Source: Parachlamydiales bacterium | GTDB lineage: Bacteria > Chlamydiota > Chlamydiia > Chlamydiales > SM23-39 | Reading direction: 5' to 3' | Assembly (NCBI GenBank): GCA_019694475.1 | Contig: JAIBBX010000001.1 | Coordinates: forward strand, 128,001 to 192,000 | Length of the DNA stretch: 64,000 nucleotides | Shown: in pieces, positions 1 to 9,674 of the stretch | How the letters are laid out: each line of letters starts with the position of its first letter | Numbering within the stretch: position 1 is the stretch's first letter | The notes under the pieces: model-generated | Databases searched by the model: none | What the model was told of the DNA's origin: nothing | Seen by the model: only the letters and a program-made list of their open reading frames with translations | Translations under genes and position numbers: made by a program

Positions 1-342
1 TCTGCTGATCGCAGCTTGCACATCGGTTGTCGCTTCGTCAATATTGCGGTTGAGATTGAATTGCAAAATGATGGTCGATGAGCCATTATTGCTGGTCGAA
101 AAAATGCTTTGGATCCCTTCAATGGTCATGAACTGCTGTTCAAGAGGCGTTGTCACGGAATTGGCCATCGTATCGGGGCTGGCCCCCGGGTAGCTTGCAG
201 AAACTTCAATCGTCGGCATATCGACATTCGGCAAATCGCTCACCGGCATCATTTCATACGCCGCAAACCCAAAGAATAAAATCGAGATCATCACGAGAAG
301 GGTCATCACAGGACGGCGGATGAAAGGTTCTGACAAGTTCAT
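1..342 (-). CDS. RND (AcrB/HAE1-type) efflux permease, N-terminal fragment; the gene continues past the window start
   Basis: My minus-strand translation from the ATG at 342..340 reads MNLSEPFIRRPVMTLLVMISILFFGFAAYEMMPVSDLPNVDMPTIEVSASYPGA. This is the canonical N-terminus and TM1 of AcrB-family pumps. It has an ATGA overlap with the stop of the adaptor gene and is not in the ORF track because it is truncated. Confidence 0.85.
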   Translation of the reverse strand, partial: MNLSEPFIRRPVMTLLVMISILFFGFAAYEMMPVSDLPNVDMPTIEVSASYPGASPDTMANSVTTPLEQQFMTIEGIQSIFSTSNNGSSTIILQFNLNRNIDEATTDVQAAISR

Positions 343-1406
343 TTAATCTCTATTTTTGCCCCGGAATAAAGGTTGAGCTGCCCTTCAACGACAATCCGTT
401 CTCCCGCTTCAACACCTTTTAAAACGATCACATTATCATCTTCCCTTTGGCCTAACGTGATCGGTCTTTGCTCTACCGTCATATTTTCTTTCACCATGAA
501 AAGAACAGGGCCGTTTTGGGTCATTTGAACAGCTGTGTAGGGGATGATGACCGCATCCTGAAGGGTTGTTAAAATCAATCGGGTGCGGATGAACTGTCCT
601 GGCCAAAGTTCTTTCTGGCAATTTTCAAAAATGGCTCTCAGCGTAATCATGCCGGTATTTGGATCGACGCTGTTATCGAGCATGAATAATTTGCCCTCAA
701 AGACCTCTTCGGAAAAATCTTCATATGCGGCAAGCACTTTGAGTTCGCCTTTGGAAAAGTATTTTTGCACTTGAGGCAATTTGAATTCGGGGATGGAAAA
801 GGTGACATAGATCGGACGCATTTGATTGAGAGTGCTCAAAGTGGCGCCATTGTCTGCGACCAGATTTCCATAGTCGACCTGCAAAAGCCCCATCATTCCG
901 TCGATCGGCGCATAGATCCAGCAGTAGTTGAGGTTGATGAGCGCGCTATCCACTTGGGCCCGATTCTGCTCGACAAGAGCGGCAGCAGAGGCGAAATTGG
1001 CTTGGAGTGTCTCATAATCGATTTGGGAATAGTATTCGCTTTTTGCCAAGGTGCGGTACCGTTTCACCTTTTCTTCAGCAAGAGCAAGGTTGGCTAAGTT
1101 TTCTTCTAGGGTAGCTTGCGCCTCTTTCAGCGCTGCTTGATAAGGTCTTGGATCGATGGTGAAAAGGAGATCGCCTTTTTTGACTTCTTGGCCTTGCGCG
1201 AAATAGACGCCGGTCAGTTCCCCTTCAATGCGCGATTTGATGTTGATTCGGGTGATCGAATCGACGTGTCCGAGCGCCTCTATATAAATGGGTGCTGGTT
1301 TTTCCTCTGCCATGCCAATCCTAACAGGATATGTTGGAACAACTACCTTTGTTTCTTTCTTGTGGCATGCGCTCAAGATCAAACAAATCAGAAGAAGCTT
1401 TTTCAT
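339..1406 (-). CDS. Efflux RND periplasmic adaptor (HlyD/AcrA-family membrane fusion protein)
   Basis: 355-aa ORF with a lipoprotein-type signal (MKKLLLICLILSAC). It has the lipoyl/hairpin/beta-barrel layout of MFPs. It lies between the OMF and RND genes with 4-nt overlaps on both sides. Confidence 0.85.
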   Translation of the reverse strand: MKKLLLICLILSACHKKETKVVVPTYPVRIGMAEEKPAPIYIEALGHVDSITRINIKSRIEGELTGVYFAQGQEVKKGDLLFTIDPRPYQAALKEAQATLEENLANLALAEEKVKRYRTLAKSEYYSQIDYETLQANFASAAALVEQNRAQVDSALINLNYCWIYAPIDGMMGLLQVDYGNLVADNGATLSTLNQMRPIYVTFSIPEFKLPQVQKYFSKGELKVLAAYEDFSEEVFEGKLFMLDNSVDPNTGMITLRAIFENCQKELWPGQFIRTRLILTTLQDAVIIPYTAVQMTQNGPVLFMVKENMTVEQRPITLGQREDDNVIVLKGVEAGERIVVEGQLNLYSGAKIEIK

Positions 1407-2887
1407 TGAGCCTCCTCGTTAGGGGTTGCGCAAAGAGATCCTGTGGCATAGGCGATTTCAGCAAGGCTTAAAAACCAATTTTTTTGCGCCTCAGCCTTTT
1501 TTGTCCTTGCATCAGCGAGTGAACTTTGGGCTTGCAGGACATCCAAGATGGTGTTGGTGCCCGCTTTGTAGCTCGTGATTGCGATATCGAACTGTAACTC
1601 GGCTGCCTTCAAATACTCTTCCGTGTCAGTCAAGTTGGAAGCCGATGTTTTTACGCTCATATATGCGTTGGTGACGTTTTGGATCAGCGTCAATTCTGTT
1701 TGCATGAGCTGCGCCTTGGCTAGCTCGACATTCGCTTCGGCGTTACGCACTCCATTGCGGTAGTAATAGCCATTAAAGAGAGGGAATGAGAGGGTCAGCG
1801 TTGCTGTCCAATGGTTTTCAGGTTCAACGAGTCCGCCATTGAACCAGTATCTCCCTGTGCTCATTTGCGTCCCCAAAACGGGCATCACGGCCCTTTTTGC
1901 CTGCAAAAGCGATGCTTCTTTGGATCTAAGATTCGATTGAGCGGCTAAAAAATCTTGCCTTTGCTCTTGCGCCATTGCGACAAGCGAATCGAGGTTTTCC
2001 ATCAAAGTGCCAGCAAGAATTTTTTCAGGGAGGGGCTGTACTTTGAATGGGATGTTTGCGGGCAGGCCTAAATCAACCGCCAACTGGCAAAAAGCATTTT
2101 CGACATTTTGTTTTTGCGTATTGAGGTTGATGCGGCTTTGCAGGAACTGAGTGCGGGCTTGCGCAACATCGCCGAGCGCAGCAAGGCCGAGGGCGAATTT
2201 TTCATTGGCGGCATCGAGCGACATTTCAGCGTTTTCCAGATTGGCTTTATCGGATCTTTCCAGTGAGATTTGATACAAGTAATTGTAATAATCGGTCATG
2301 ACCGTTTGTAGAACGGTCTGGATATTCTGGTTGTGATTTAAATCGGCATAATAGAGCGATTCTCTAGCGGCGACGGCGGCTGCGGTTCGCTGGCCAAAAT
2401 CAAAGAGAGTGTAACTCAAAACAACATCGGGGCCTGCTTCTGAGAAATAGCTCTCTTGTACGACGTTGCCAACACCCGTTAATCCTACAGAAATGGTTGT
2501 GGGCGATCCTGGGGTGGCTGTTGGAACTCCAGTTGTTGGAAAACCTGCTTTTTGCCGGAAGAAAAAGCTGCTGAACTGCACGTTGGGATAGAACGAACTG
2601 AGGCTTTGGCCATATTCGGCGGCTGCGGCGCGAGCTTGCGCCCAGGTTTGTTTGGTTGCCGGGTTATTTTGCAAAGCGATGTCGAGCAGTTCAGCGAGCG
2701 ACATTTCATTTGTGTTGAAATCGGGAGGGAGCATCGTCTGGCAGTATTTGGATGAAACCAAATTATTGCCTTTCATAGGTGTCCAAGTAGAGTAGGGGGT
2801 CGATGGGGCAAGATCAAACGGCGCGCGCGCATCATGGATGCAGCCGGATAGAACTAGAGACAGAACGGCAAATCGCTTAAACCCCAT
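1403..2887 (-). CDS. Outer membrane efflux protein (TolC/OprM family)
   Basis: 494 aa with a lipoprotein signal (LSLVLSGC). It shows the internally duplicated helical/coiled-coil pattern typical of OMFs. It is the first gene of the efflux operon. Confidence 0.8.
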   Translation of the reverse strand: MGFKRFAVLSLVLSGCIHDARAPFDLAPSTPYSTWTPMKGNNLVSSKYCQTMLPPDFNTNEMSLAELLDIALQNNPATKQTWAQARAAAAEYGQSLSSFYPNVQFSSFFFRQKAGFPTTGVPTATPGSPTTISVGLTGVGNVVQESYFSEAGPDVVLSYTLFDFGQRTAAAVAARESLYYADLNHNQNIQTVLQTVMTDYYNYLYQISLERSDKANLENAEMSLDAANEKFALGLAALGDVAQARTQFLQSRINLNTQKQNVENAFCQLAVDLGLPANIPFKVQPLPEKILAGTLMENLDSLVAMAQEQRQDFLAAQSNLRSKEASLLQAKRAVMPVLGTQMSTGRYWFNGGLVEPENHWTATLTLSFPLFNGYYYRNGVRNAEANVELAKAQLMQTELTLIQNVTNAYMSVKTSASNLTDTEEYLKAAELQFDIAITSYKAGTNTILDVLQAQSSLADARTKKAEAQKNWFLSLAEIAYATGSLCATPNEEAQ

Positions 2888-2921
2888 AAATGGGGTTCAT
2901 AAGGATCTCGGATTTAATTGT

Positions 2922-4373
2922 CTATCCCAACTTCTTTCGGAGTAGATCGTTGACGACTTGAGGTGAAGCTTTGCCGCGAGTCAATTTCATAACAGAACCG
3001 ACCAAGAATGCAAAGGCTTTATCGCGCCCCGCTTTAAAGTCGGCTACAGATTGCGGATTGTCCGCAATGACTTGATCGACGATCGGTTCGATGGAGCTGT
3101 AGTCATCGAGCGGCAGATAGTCGGGATTTTTGGCGACGATAATTTCTGGATCTAGTCCTGGATTTGCCATCATATCGTCAGCAACTGATTTGGCAATTCG
3201 GCCAGTGATCTTATTGTCATCGATGAGCTGGACCAATTTAGCCACATGCGTTGGCATAATTCCTGCGTCAACCAATGTTTTGCCAGTATCTTTCAACCTG
3301 CCGGCAAATTCTACTGTGATCCAGTTGCAAAGAAGCCGCGCGTTTTTGCAGAGTTTTAGGCTCTCTTCAAAATAGTCGGATAGAAATTTTTCATTGATGA
3401 GCACTTCAGCCGAATATTCAGAAAGCCCCAAATCGGAAATGTAGCGCTTATATCGATCGTGAGGCAATTCGGGAAGGGTGGCTCGGATCTCATCGATGTA
3501 GGCATCGGTCAAAATCAGGGGAGGCAGGTCTGGCTCCGGGAAATAACGATAATCATCCGCGCTCTCTTTTTTTCGCATCAATACAGCTTGTTTGGCTTCC
3601 GGGTCCCACCGGTATGTTCCGGGCGGTATCAATTCCAGAGGATCTTTATGTGGATTGTTGAGATAGAGTTTGATTTGCCTCGAAACTTCTGAAGTGATCG
3701 CCATTTCCAAAAAGGTAAAGGAGTTCATGTTCTTGATCTCGATGCGAGGCCTTAATCCTTTTTCGCCTTTGGGGCGAACGGAGATGTTTGCATCCATACG
3801 AAGGCTTCCCTCTTCCATGTTTCCATCGCAAGCATCGAGATAGAGCAAAATAGCTCTCACGGCTGCTGCGTAGGCAGAAGCGTCCTTGGGAGAGTGCATG
3901 CACGCTTCGGAGACGATTTCGATAAGAGGCGCTCCCGCTCGATTGTAGTCAACCCCTGCAAAGGTGGAAAAATGCTTCAGCATTCCCGCATCATCTTCGA
4001 TGTGGGCTCGATTCACTTTAAAACTTTTGCCATTGGAGCGGACTTCGCCGCCGATGAGAAGGGGATTCTCAAATTGGGTGATTTGGAAGTTGCGAGGACT
4101 ATCTGGATAAAAATACGATTTGCGGTCAAAGGTGCTGATGGTCGAAATTTTGGCTCCGATCGCAAGACCGAATTGGATCGCTTTGCGCACAGCTTCCTTG
4201 TTGAGCACAGGGAGAGCGCCTGGCTGGCCTGTGCAAACAGCAGAGATGTTGACGTTGGGCTCATCGCCAAATCGATTGGGCGCTGGGCTGTAAATTTTGG
4301 ATTTCGTATTGAGCTGCGCGTGAATTTCAAGGCCTATAACCGGTTCCCACATATCATATGGCAAATCACTCAT
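2922..4373 (-). CDS. gatB: Asp/Glu-tRNA amidotransferase subunit B
   Basis: The internal ATG at 4373 gives MSDLPYDMWEPVIGLEIHAQLNT, a canonical GatB N-terminus. It overlaps the gatA stop by 8 nt (ATGAGTGA). The ORF-track start at 4418 is probably an over-extension. Confidence 0.95.
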   Translation of the reverse strand: MSDLPYDMWEPVIGLEIHAQLNTKSKIYSPAPNRFGDEPNVNISAVCTGQPGALPVLNKEAVRKAIQFGLAIGAKISTISTFDRKSYFYPDSPRNFQITQFENPLLIGGEVRSNGKSFKVNRAHIEDDAGMLKHFSTFAGVDYNRAGAPLIEIVSEACMHSPKDASAYAAAVRAILLYLDACDGNMEEGSLRMDANISVRPKGEKGLRPRIEIKNMNSFTFLEMAITSEVSRQIKLYLNNPHKDPLELIPPGTYRWDPEAKQAVLMRKKESADDYRYFPEPDLPPLILTDAYIDEIRATLPELPHDRYKRYISDLGLSEYSAEVLINEKFLSDYFEESLKLCKNARLLCNWITVEFAGRLKDTGKTLVDAGIMPTHVAKLVQLIDDNKITGRIAKSVADDMMANPGLDPEIIVAKNPDYLPLDDYSSIEPIVDQVIADNPQSVADFKAGRDKAFAFLVGSVMKLTRGKASPQVVNDLLRKKLG

Positions 4374-5823
4374 AGTCCCTCGGAATTCGCAAATGGTTTG
4401 TGGCTTGTTCATAGGCATAGGCGATCTGCATCAGCGCAACATCGCACATTTGAGGGCCAAGGATTTGTAGGCCAAGAGGCATGCCCCGGCTATCATAACC
4501 GGAAGGGACGCTGATTCCAGGGAGGCCTGCTAGATTTGCAGGGACTGTAAAAATATCTTGCAAATACATTTGGATCGGATCTTGAATCGCGCCATGCTCA
4601 AAGGCGGCGCTCGTTGTCACTGGCATCATCACCGCATCGCATGTATTGAAGGCGGCTTCAAAGGCATCGATGATGAGGGTTCTTACTTTCTGCGCTTTTT
4701 TATAAAACGCATCCTGGAAGCCGCTCGATAAAACATAGGTTCCCAGCATGATCCGTTTTTTGACTTCTCTGCCAAAGCCCTCTTTTCTTGTAAGCTCATA
4801 GACTTCTTCAAGAGATTTTGCGTTTTTAGAACGGATTCCGAACCGGATGCCATCGAACCTAGCCAAGTTCGTAGAGGCTTCGGCTGTTGCCAATATATAG
4901 TATACGGCGATCGAGTATTTCAATATGTCGAGATCGACGTCGACGATTTGAGCGCCCTTGTCTTTCATCACCTGGATCGCATCATCGAAATTTTTCCTGG
5001 CCTCAGAGGTCAAACCTTCCAAAAAGCGCCAAGGAACGCCAATGACGGTGCCTGGTTCTAAATCCTTGGATAATGGATAACTTTCTGGAGGTAGGTCAAG
5101 CGAAGTGGCATCATGCGGACAGTGCTGGCCCATCACTTCCATCGCAAGGGCCGCATCGGCAACAGTCGTTGTGAAGGGACCGATTTGGTCCAAGGAAGAT
5201 CCAAAGGCCACAAGGCCGTAGCGAGAAACTCTGCCATATGTGGGTTTATAACCAACGACTCCGCAAAAACTGGCAGGCTGGCGGATCGATCCTCCCGTGT
5301 CAGTACCTGTTGCAATCAAGCCAAGCCGAGCTGCAACTGCTGCAGCAGATCCCCCCGAAGAGCCTCCAGGCACGCACCCAGCATTCCAGGGGTTTTGAAC
5401 AGGCCCAAAAGCCGAATTTTCATTGGAAGAGCCCATTGCAAACTCATCCATATTTGTTTTTCCCAAGATCAAGGCGTCTTCATCTTCTAGGAGATGAACA
5501 GCTGTTGCAGCGAATGGGGCCTTATAGTTCGACAGAAAGTTGGAACCGCACGTTGTAATCTCGTGAAGGATGTGCATGTTGTCTTTGATTGCAATCGGCA
5601 CGCCGGCTAGACGGCCCACAGGTTCTTTTTTTGCCCGTTTTTTATCCAAGCTTTCAGCTTTCATCATGACGCGGGGGCCGAGAACAGAAAGGTATGCGCC
5701 CAAAGATGTATTATATTGTTCGATCCGGCGTAAAAAATACTCTGCGATCTGAACCGCAGAAACCTCGCCTCTGCAAAATAGGTCTCTAATCTCTATAGCT
5801 GAAAGGTGGTGGAGGGGGGTCAT
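4366..5823 (-). CDS. gatA: Asp/Glu-tRNA amidotransferase subunit A
   Basis: 485 aa with the amidase signature GGSSGGSAAAVA. It sits in gatC-gatA-gatB order. Confidence 0.95.
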   Translation of the reverse strand: MTPLHHLSAIEIRDLFCRGEVSAVQIAEYFLRRIEQYNTSLGAYLSVLGPRVMMKAESLDKKRAKKEPVGRLAGVPIAIKDNMHILHEITTCGSNFLSNYKAPFAATAVHLLEDEDALILGKTNMDEFAMGSSNENSAFGPVQNPWNAGCVPGGSSGGSAAAVAARLGLIATGTDTGGSIRQPASFCGVVGYKPTYGRVSRYGLVAFGSSLDQIGPFTTTVADAALAMEVMGQHCPHDATSLDLPPESYPLSKDLEPGTVIGVPWRFLEGLTSEARKNFDDAIQVMKDKGAQIVDVDLDILKYSIAVYYILATAEASTNLARFDGIRFGIRSKNAKSLEEVYELTRKEGFGREVKKRIMLGTYVLSSGFQDAFYKKAQKVRTLIIDAFEAAFNTCDAVMMPVTTSAAFEHGAIQDPIQMYLQDIFTVPANLAGLPGISVPSGYDSRGMPLGLQILGPQMCDVALMQIAYAYEQATNHLRIPRDYE

Positions 5824-6128
5824 CAGGAACTCGGTTTCAAAACAGGGGGAACTCGGATCATCCCACCGATTTGATCGGGCGCATTTCTTAAAAACTCTTC
5901 ACGAGGAAGGAGATCGGCTACAACATCATCTCTTAGCTTAGATTTGAGCATTCCGCGAAGAACATATCTGCAAGTCTTTGTATTTTCAGTGTTTACTTCT
6001 TTTAATTGCTCAACATAATTAAGGACGCGGCTCAAACTATTTAGAATATCTTCATTCTCTTCAGGTGTGCATTCAATTTTGCACAGCTTTTTTAAATGCT
6101 CAAGAGTTTGATGATCAAAGTTCGCCAT
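5823..6128 (-). CDS. gatC: Asp/Glu-tRNA amidotransferase subunit C
   Basis: 101 aa, with GatC-like size and sequence. It is joined to gatA by a TGATG junction. Confidence 0.9.
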   Translation of the reverse strand: MANFDHQTLEHLKKLCKIECTPEENEDILNSLSRVLNYVEQLKEVNTENTKTCRYVLRGMLKSKLRDDVVADLLPREEFLRNAPDQIGGMIRVPPVLKPSS

Positions 6129-6230
6129 ATAGTGCTTAACGATAAAGTACCACTCCTATTTAGAAAAGTCAATGACAAGGATTCAAAAATATTATAAGAT
6201 CCAGTTTAGGTAGTCTTTTTAGGAGGAGAC

Positions 6231-6461
6231 ATGAAAGCTTTAAATTTTGTTGCAAAGTTGCTGATGGTCATCGGTGCGTTGAACTGGGGGCTTGTCGGCT
6301 TTTTCGGGTATGATTTAGTTGGAGATATTTTTGGTGGAATGGATTCAGGGTTAGCGAGAGTTGTGTTCGCTATTGTAGGTTTGGCAGGTCTTTATGGTCT
6401 TGTCTGCCTATTTAGATGCTGCTCATGCGGACCAAGCTGCGGCTGCCATCACAAGAAGTAA
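6231..6461 (+). CDS. DUF378-family small membrane protein with a Cys-rich C-terminal tail
   Basis: LMVIGALNWGLVGFFGYDLV is the DUF378 hallmark (NWGLVG). An AGGAGG SD lies 7 nt upstream. The tail reads CLFRCCSCGPSCGCHHKK. Confidence 0.8.
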   Translation: MKALNFVAKLLMVIGALNWGLVGFFGYDLVGDIFGGMDSGLARVVFAIVGLAGLYGLVCLFRCCSCGPSCGCHHKK

Positions 6462-7354
6462 TGCAACGCATCTTGATTTCAGGGGCTTCCGGATTTATCG
6501 GACAGCCCCTCGTTTCTTTTTTAGAGCGTCAAGGCCATAGCGTCATTTCTCTTTCCCGCACTCCTGAAAAAAATGCGATTGTTTGGGACCCCGAAGCTGG
6601 GAAGGCCAATCCAGATGATTTTGAAGGTTTCGATGCAGTGATCCATCTAGCTGGAGAGCCTCTTACGCTAAGCCGCTGGACGAAATCGAAAAGGGAAAAA
6701 ATTCTCTTTTCCCGCACGATCGGCACTATGTTCCTCGCTCACATCCTTAAGTCGACTCTAAGCCCGCCCAAAGTTTTCATTTCCGCTTCAGCTGTCGGTT
6801 TTTACGGCGATAGGGGAGAGGAGATTTTGAATGAGGATAGTTCTGCGGGCGCTGGGTTCCTCGCAAATGTCTGCTGCGCCTGGGAAAAGGCCTCTTTTTC
6901 TCTTAAAGATAGGGGGATCCGGGTTGTTCATACCCGATTTGGCATAGTGATTGGTCCGAATGGAGGGGTGCTCAAAAAACTTCTCCTCCCATATCGATTA
7001 GGTTTGGGAGGGACCCTTGGAACGGGACGGCAATGGATCAGCTGGGTGCATCGAACCGATCTGATCCATGCCCTTTCATTCATTCTGCAGAGCCCATCCC
7101 TATCCGGGCCTATTAATATAGTTTCGCCCGAACCGATCCGGCAGAAAGATTTTGCGAAAACAATTGCCGAACTTCTTCATCGCCCTCACTTTCTCCATAC
7201 CCCGGCGTGGGCCTTGCGCCTTGTCCTCGGGATCGCGGCGGACGAGCTCCTTTTATCGAGCACCCGGGTTCAATCTGCAAAACTGCTTGCCTCAAAGTTT
7301 GCCTTCCAGTATTCTGATCTTCGAAGTGCTGTGTATAACGCCCTTCAGTTTTAA
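6461..7354 (+). CDS. TIGR01777/YfcH-type epimerase-family protein (atypical SDR with a DUF1731 C-terminus)
   Basis: The ATG at 6461 (TAATG overlap with the upstream stop) gives MQRILISGASGFIGQPL, a Rossmann GxxGxxG motif. Length and C-terminal region match the YfcH/SDR39U1 family. Confidence 0.8.
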   Translation: MQRILISGASGFIGQPLVSFLERQGHSVISLSRTPEKNAIVWDPEAGKANPDDFEGFDAVIHLAGEPLTLSRWTKSKREKILFSRTIGTMFLAHILKSTLSPPKVFISASAVGFYGDRGEEILNEDSSAGAGFLANVCCAWEKASFSLKDRGIRVVHTRFGIVIGPNGGVLKKLLLPYRLGLGGTLGTGRQWISWVHRTDLIHALSFILQSPSLSGPINIVSPEPIRQKDFAKTIAELLHRPHFLHTPAWALRLVLGIAADELLLSSTRVQSAKLLASKFAFQYSDLRSAVYNALQF

Positions 7355-7365
7355 AAGGAGTATCT

Positions 7366-7590
7366 ATGATAGCATCTATTGCTATATTCGCTTTGCTTGC
7401 TGCAGCTGAACCTGCACAAGAAGAATGTGTTGAAAACCAAGAAGAAATCGTGTTGTCAGTTGAGGAGTGCGAGCAGGAAGATGAAGCCGTAGTCCTTAAC
7501 ACGGAAGAAGACAGCGAATATCAAGATCTTGCTTTCTTTGAAGATGAAAGCGAAATTTCTGAAGAACTCGCTATCGCCGACGAAGAATAA
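7366..7590 (+). CDS. Small secreted, highly acidic protein
   Basis: There is an AAGGAG SD. The signal peptide is MIASIAIFALLAAA, followed by an E/D-rich sequence. No family was recognised. Confidence 0.6.
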   Translation: MIASIAIFALLAAAEPAQEECVENQEEIVLSVEECEQEDEAVVLNTEEDSEYQDLAFFEDESEISEELAIADEE

Positions 7591-7638
7591 TCGGCATGGA
7601 AGCTTGGAAGCGCACCTCTAACGATTTAATCTAGAGGG

Positions 7639-8244
7639 GTGTCTATGATTGCTGGGCTAAATCCCTGGATAACCATGTGGAATCAGCCCCGGAGCACGAT
7701 ACGGGCGATCGCGTTTAATAGGCCTACGTTTGGGATCTATTATTTAGCGATCATCTATGCGCTCCAAGGCTTCTTTTTTTATGCGAACTGGTGGTCTTTA
7801 GGCGTTCGGACCAATTATCCCTTCTATTTAACGCTCGGAATTATCGTATCGCCCTTGATAGGCATTCTTTGGCTCTATCTAATGGGTGAATTTTTCTATT
7901 TATCTGGCCGCCTTTTGAAGGGGACCGCGACTCGGAGGCAGCTGCGTGCAGCGGTTGCCTGGTCTGCGCTTCCTTTTACCATTACCTTGGCCATGTGGGT
8001 GATGCTTCTTTTCTGGAGTCCCGAGTATGTATTTATTCAAGACTCTGGCCCGCATTCTTCGATTTTCATCAACTTCATCACCTTAATCGCTAAGATCTGG
8101 TCCTTTATTCTTCTAATCCAATCACTTCGCGAGCTACAGCATTTTTCAACGGGCAAAGCCATCCTTAATGTGGTAGGAATATGGATCCTTTCCTCAGTTC
8201 TCTTTTTCGTTGTATTTTCGGTTCTTAGGCAGTTCGTCATATAA
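7639..8244 (+). CDS. Yip1-domain multi-pass membrane protein (paralog 1)
   Basis: About 200 aa with 5 predicted TM segments. The N-terminal NPWITMWNQPRSTIRAI motif is shared with the downstream paralog. Confidence 0.7.
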   Translation: MSMIAGLNPWITMWNQPRSTIRAIAFNRPTFGIYYLAIIYALQGFFFYANWWSLGVRTNYPFYLTLGIIVSPLIGILWLYLMGEFFYLSGRLLKGTATRRQLRAAVAWSALPFTITLAMWVMLLFWSPEYVFIQDSGPHSSIFINFITLIAKIWSFILLIQSLRELQHFSTGKAILNVVGIWILSSVLFFVVFSVLRQFVI

Positions 8245-8324
8245 TTGATTGTAATTTCGTCACTTCTGTAATTATTTGTAATTAAATTTGTTTTGCTTTT
8301 AGAATAAGCCTAGGTGGCGTCGAT

Positions 8325-8415
8325 GTTTCGGGTGCCTCTGGCTACTCGACTGAGCTACAGAGTGCAAGCATACCCCGCCGCGCTTGAAAATAGAGTAGAT
8401 GGGGGCACCCGAAAC
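8325..8415. repeat. Perfect 12-bp inverted repeat (GTTTCGGGTGCC / GGCACCCGAAAC) enclosing 67 nt; a possible RNA stem between the Yip1 paralogs
   Basis: The arms are at 8325..8336 and 8404..8415. The stem extends by G-U pairs in RNA. The loop contains a tRNA D-arm-like string (minus strand GTAGCTCAGTCGAGTAGC) that does not complete a cloverleaf. Confidence 0.6.
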
Positions 8416-8426
8416 CTTGAGGAAGC

Positions 8427-9086
8427 ATGGAACACCAAAACCCTTGGCTGTCGATCTGGACTAAGCCAAGAATGACCATTCGAAAGATTGTAGCCGAAAA
8501 CCCTGACCGCTCTCTGTGGTGGTTAGCGGGTATTTATGGCTTCTGTTCGATGCTCAATTTATTCCAATCAATGACCTTCGGCAATCTGATGGGGTCGATT
8601 GGTATTTTGATATTAGCCATTATTCTTGCTCCTTTTTATGGATTTATCAGCTTCTCGGTTTGGAGCTGGTTTGTCTTTCAAACAGGTAAATGGTTTAAGG
8701 GACAAGGCACGTTTAAATCCGTTCGCGCCTCGTATGCATGGTCGTGCGTCCCCATATTGATTAACATTCCTCTTTGGCTGCTGATGGTCATTTTGTTTGG
8801 CCATCAGCTCTTTACAAATTTCCCTGATGCCCACACGCTGCCGAATACGCAGATTTTCGCTCTTTTTGCCATCTTGATTGCCAAGATTGTGGTGGCCATT
8901 TGGTCTTTAGTGATCTTTTTGAACGCCTTGGCTGAAGTGCAGCAATTTTCGATGGTCAAAACGATTTTCAATGTGATTGTGGCTGGGCTGATCTTAGGAG
9001 TGATCTTTTTTATCCTCTGGAGCCTATTGCTCTACGCTTTAGGGGGAGTAGCAACGAGCCCATTCTTAATTTGGAAACCCATTTAA
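8427..9086 (+). CDS. Yip1-domain multi-pass membrane protein (paralog 2)
   Basis: The NPWLSIWTKPRMTIRKIV N-terminus and TM topology parallel 7639..8244. A GAGGAAG SD is present. Confidence 0.7.
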   Translation: MEHQNPWLSIWTKPRMTIRKIVAENPDRSLWWLAGIYGFCSMLNLFQSMTFGNLMGSIGILILAIILAPFYGFISFSVWSWFVFQTGKWFKGQGTFKSVRASYAWSCVPILINIPLWLLMVILFGHQLFTNFPDAHTLPNTQIFALFAILIAKIVVAIWSLVIFLNALAEVQQFSMVKTIFNVIVAGLILGVIFFILWSLLLYALGGVATSPFLIWKPI

Positions 9087-9098
9087 TGGAGAAAAGCC

Positions 9099-9656
9099 AT
9101 GGATAAAACACGAATAAAAAAAATCGGGATTTGGTTCCTAGCCTTTTCTCTGTTTGCTTTCCATCTCTTCTTCCGGACCGTTGGCCATGCAGAAGCGAAC
9201 AAATGGCAAAGAGTGATCGCAAAAAGCGGGGAGTGCCATATCTCTTTCCCGACAGCGCCGCAAATGATTCAGCAAAGCTTGCCTCTCGCAGACGGAATCA
9301 ACCGCCTCTCTTATGATGTTTATTTAGCTCCCCACGAAGATAAAGGTGTATTCCTTCTTCTAATCGCAACCTATCCGATGCCTCTTTCCGGAGGACATGA
9401 AATTGCAGGACTTGAAGGTCTTTTAAGTGGAATCTTGAATCACAATCCAGAAAATCAACTCGTTTATGCCAATTTGACCGAACTCAGCGGACATCCAGCG
9501 ATGGATTTCCTGGTCGAAGGGGGAACCAGCTATTTCCGCGGTCAAGCTCTCATGATTGGCAACAAGCTCTATCTCATCGCCATGGAAGGAATGAAAGGAA
9601 AGTTGGATGAAAAAACCTTCAATCAATTTCTAAAGTCATTCAAGTTATCTGAATAA
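9099..9656 (+). CDS. Hypothetical secreted protein
   Basis: 185-aa ORF with an N-terminal hydrophobic signal (IGIWFLAFSLFAFHLFF). No family was recognised. Confidence 0.6.
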   Translation: MDKTRIKKIGIWFLAFSLFAFHLFFRTVGHAEANKWQRVIAKSGECHISFPTAPQMIQQSLPLADGINRLSYDVYLAPHEDKGVFLLLIATYPMPLSGGHEIAGLEGLLSGILNHNPENQLVYANLTELSGHPAMDFLVEGGTSYFRGQALMIGNKLYLIAMEGMKGKLDEKTFNQFLKSFKLSE

Positions 9657-9674
9657 GTTAATTAGACATTGACA

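Noticed and set aside
3894-4514. Long antisense ORFs inside well-supported genes (for example 3894..4514, 10722..11357, 21680..22165, 30707..31303, 41529..41969, 55763..56161 and 60389..60784).
   Set aside because: They lie opposite strongly recognisable genes (gatB/gatA, recN, the oppC-type gene, the RNB nuclease gene, umuD, tpsA). Their composition is skewed and unlike protein. They have no SD or family resemblance.
8340-8375. A tRNA gene suggested by a GTAGCTCAGT-like string on the minus strand.
   Set aside because: I could not build an acceptor stem, anticodon arm or T-arm (there is no GTTCGA-type T-loop). At best it is a fragment, and it is reported only as part of the spacer finding.
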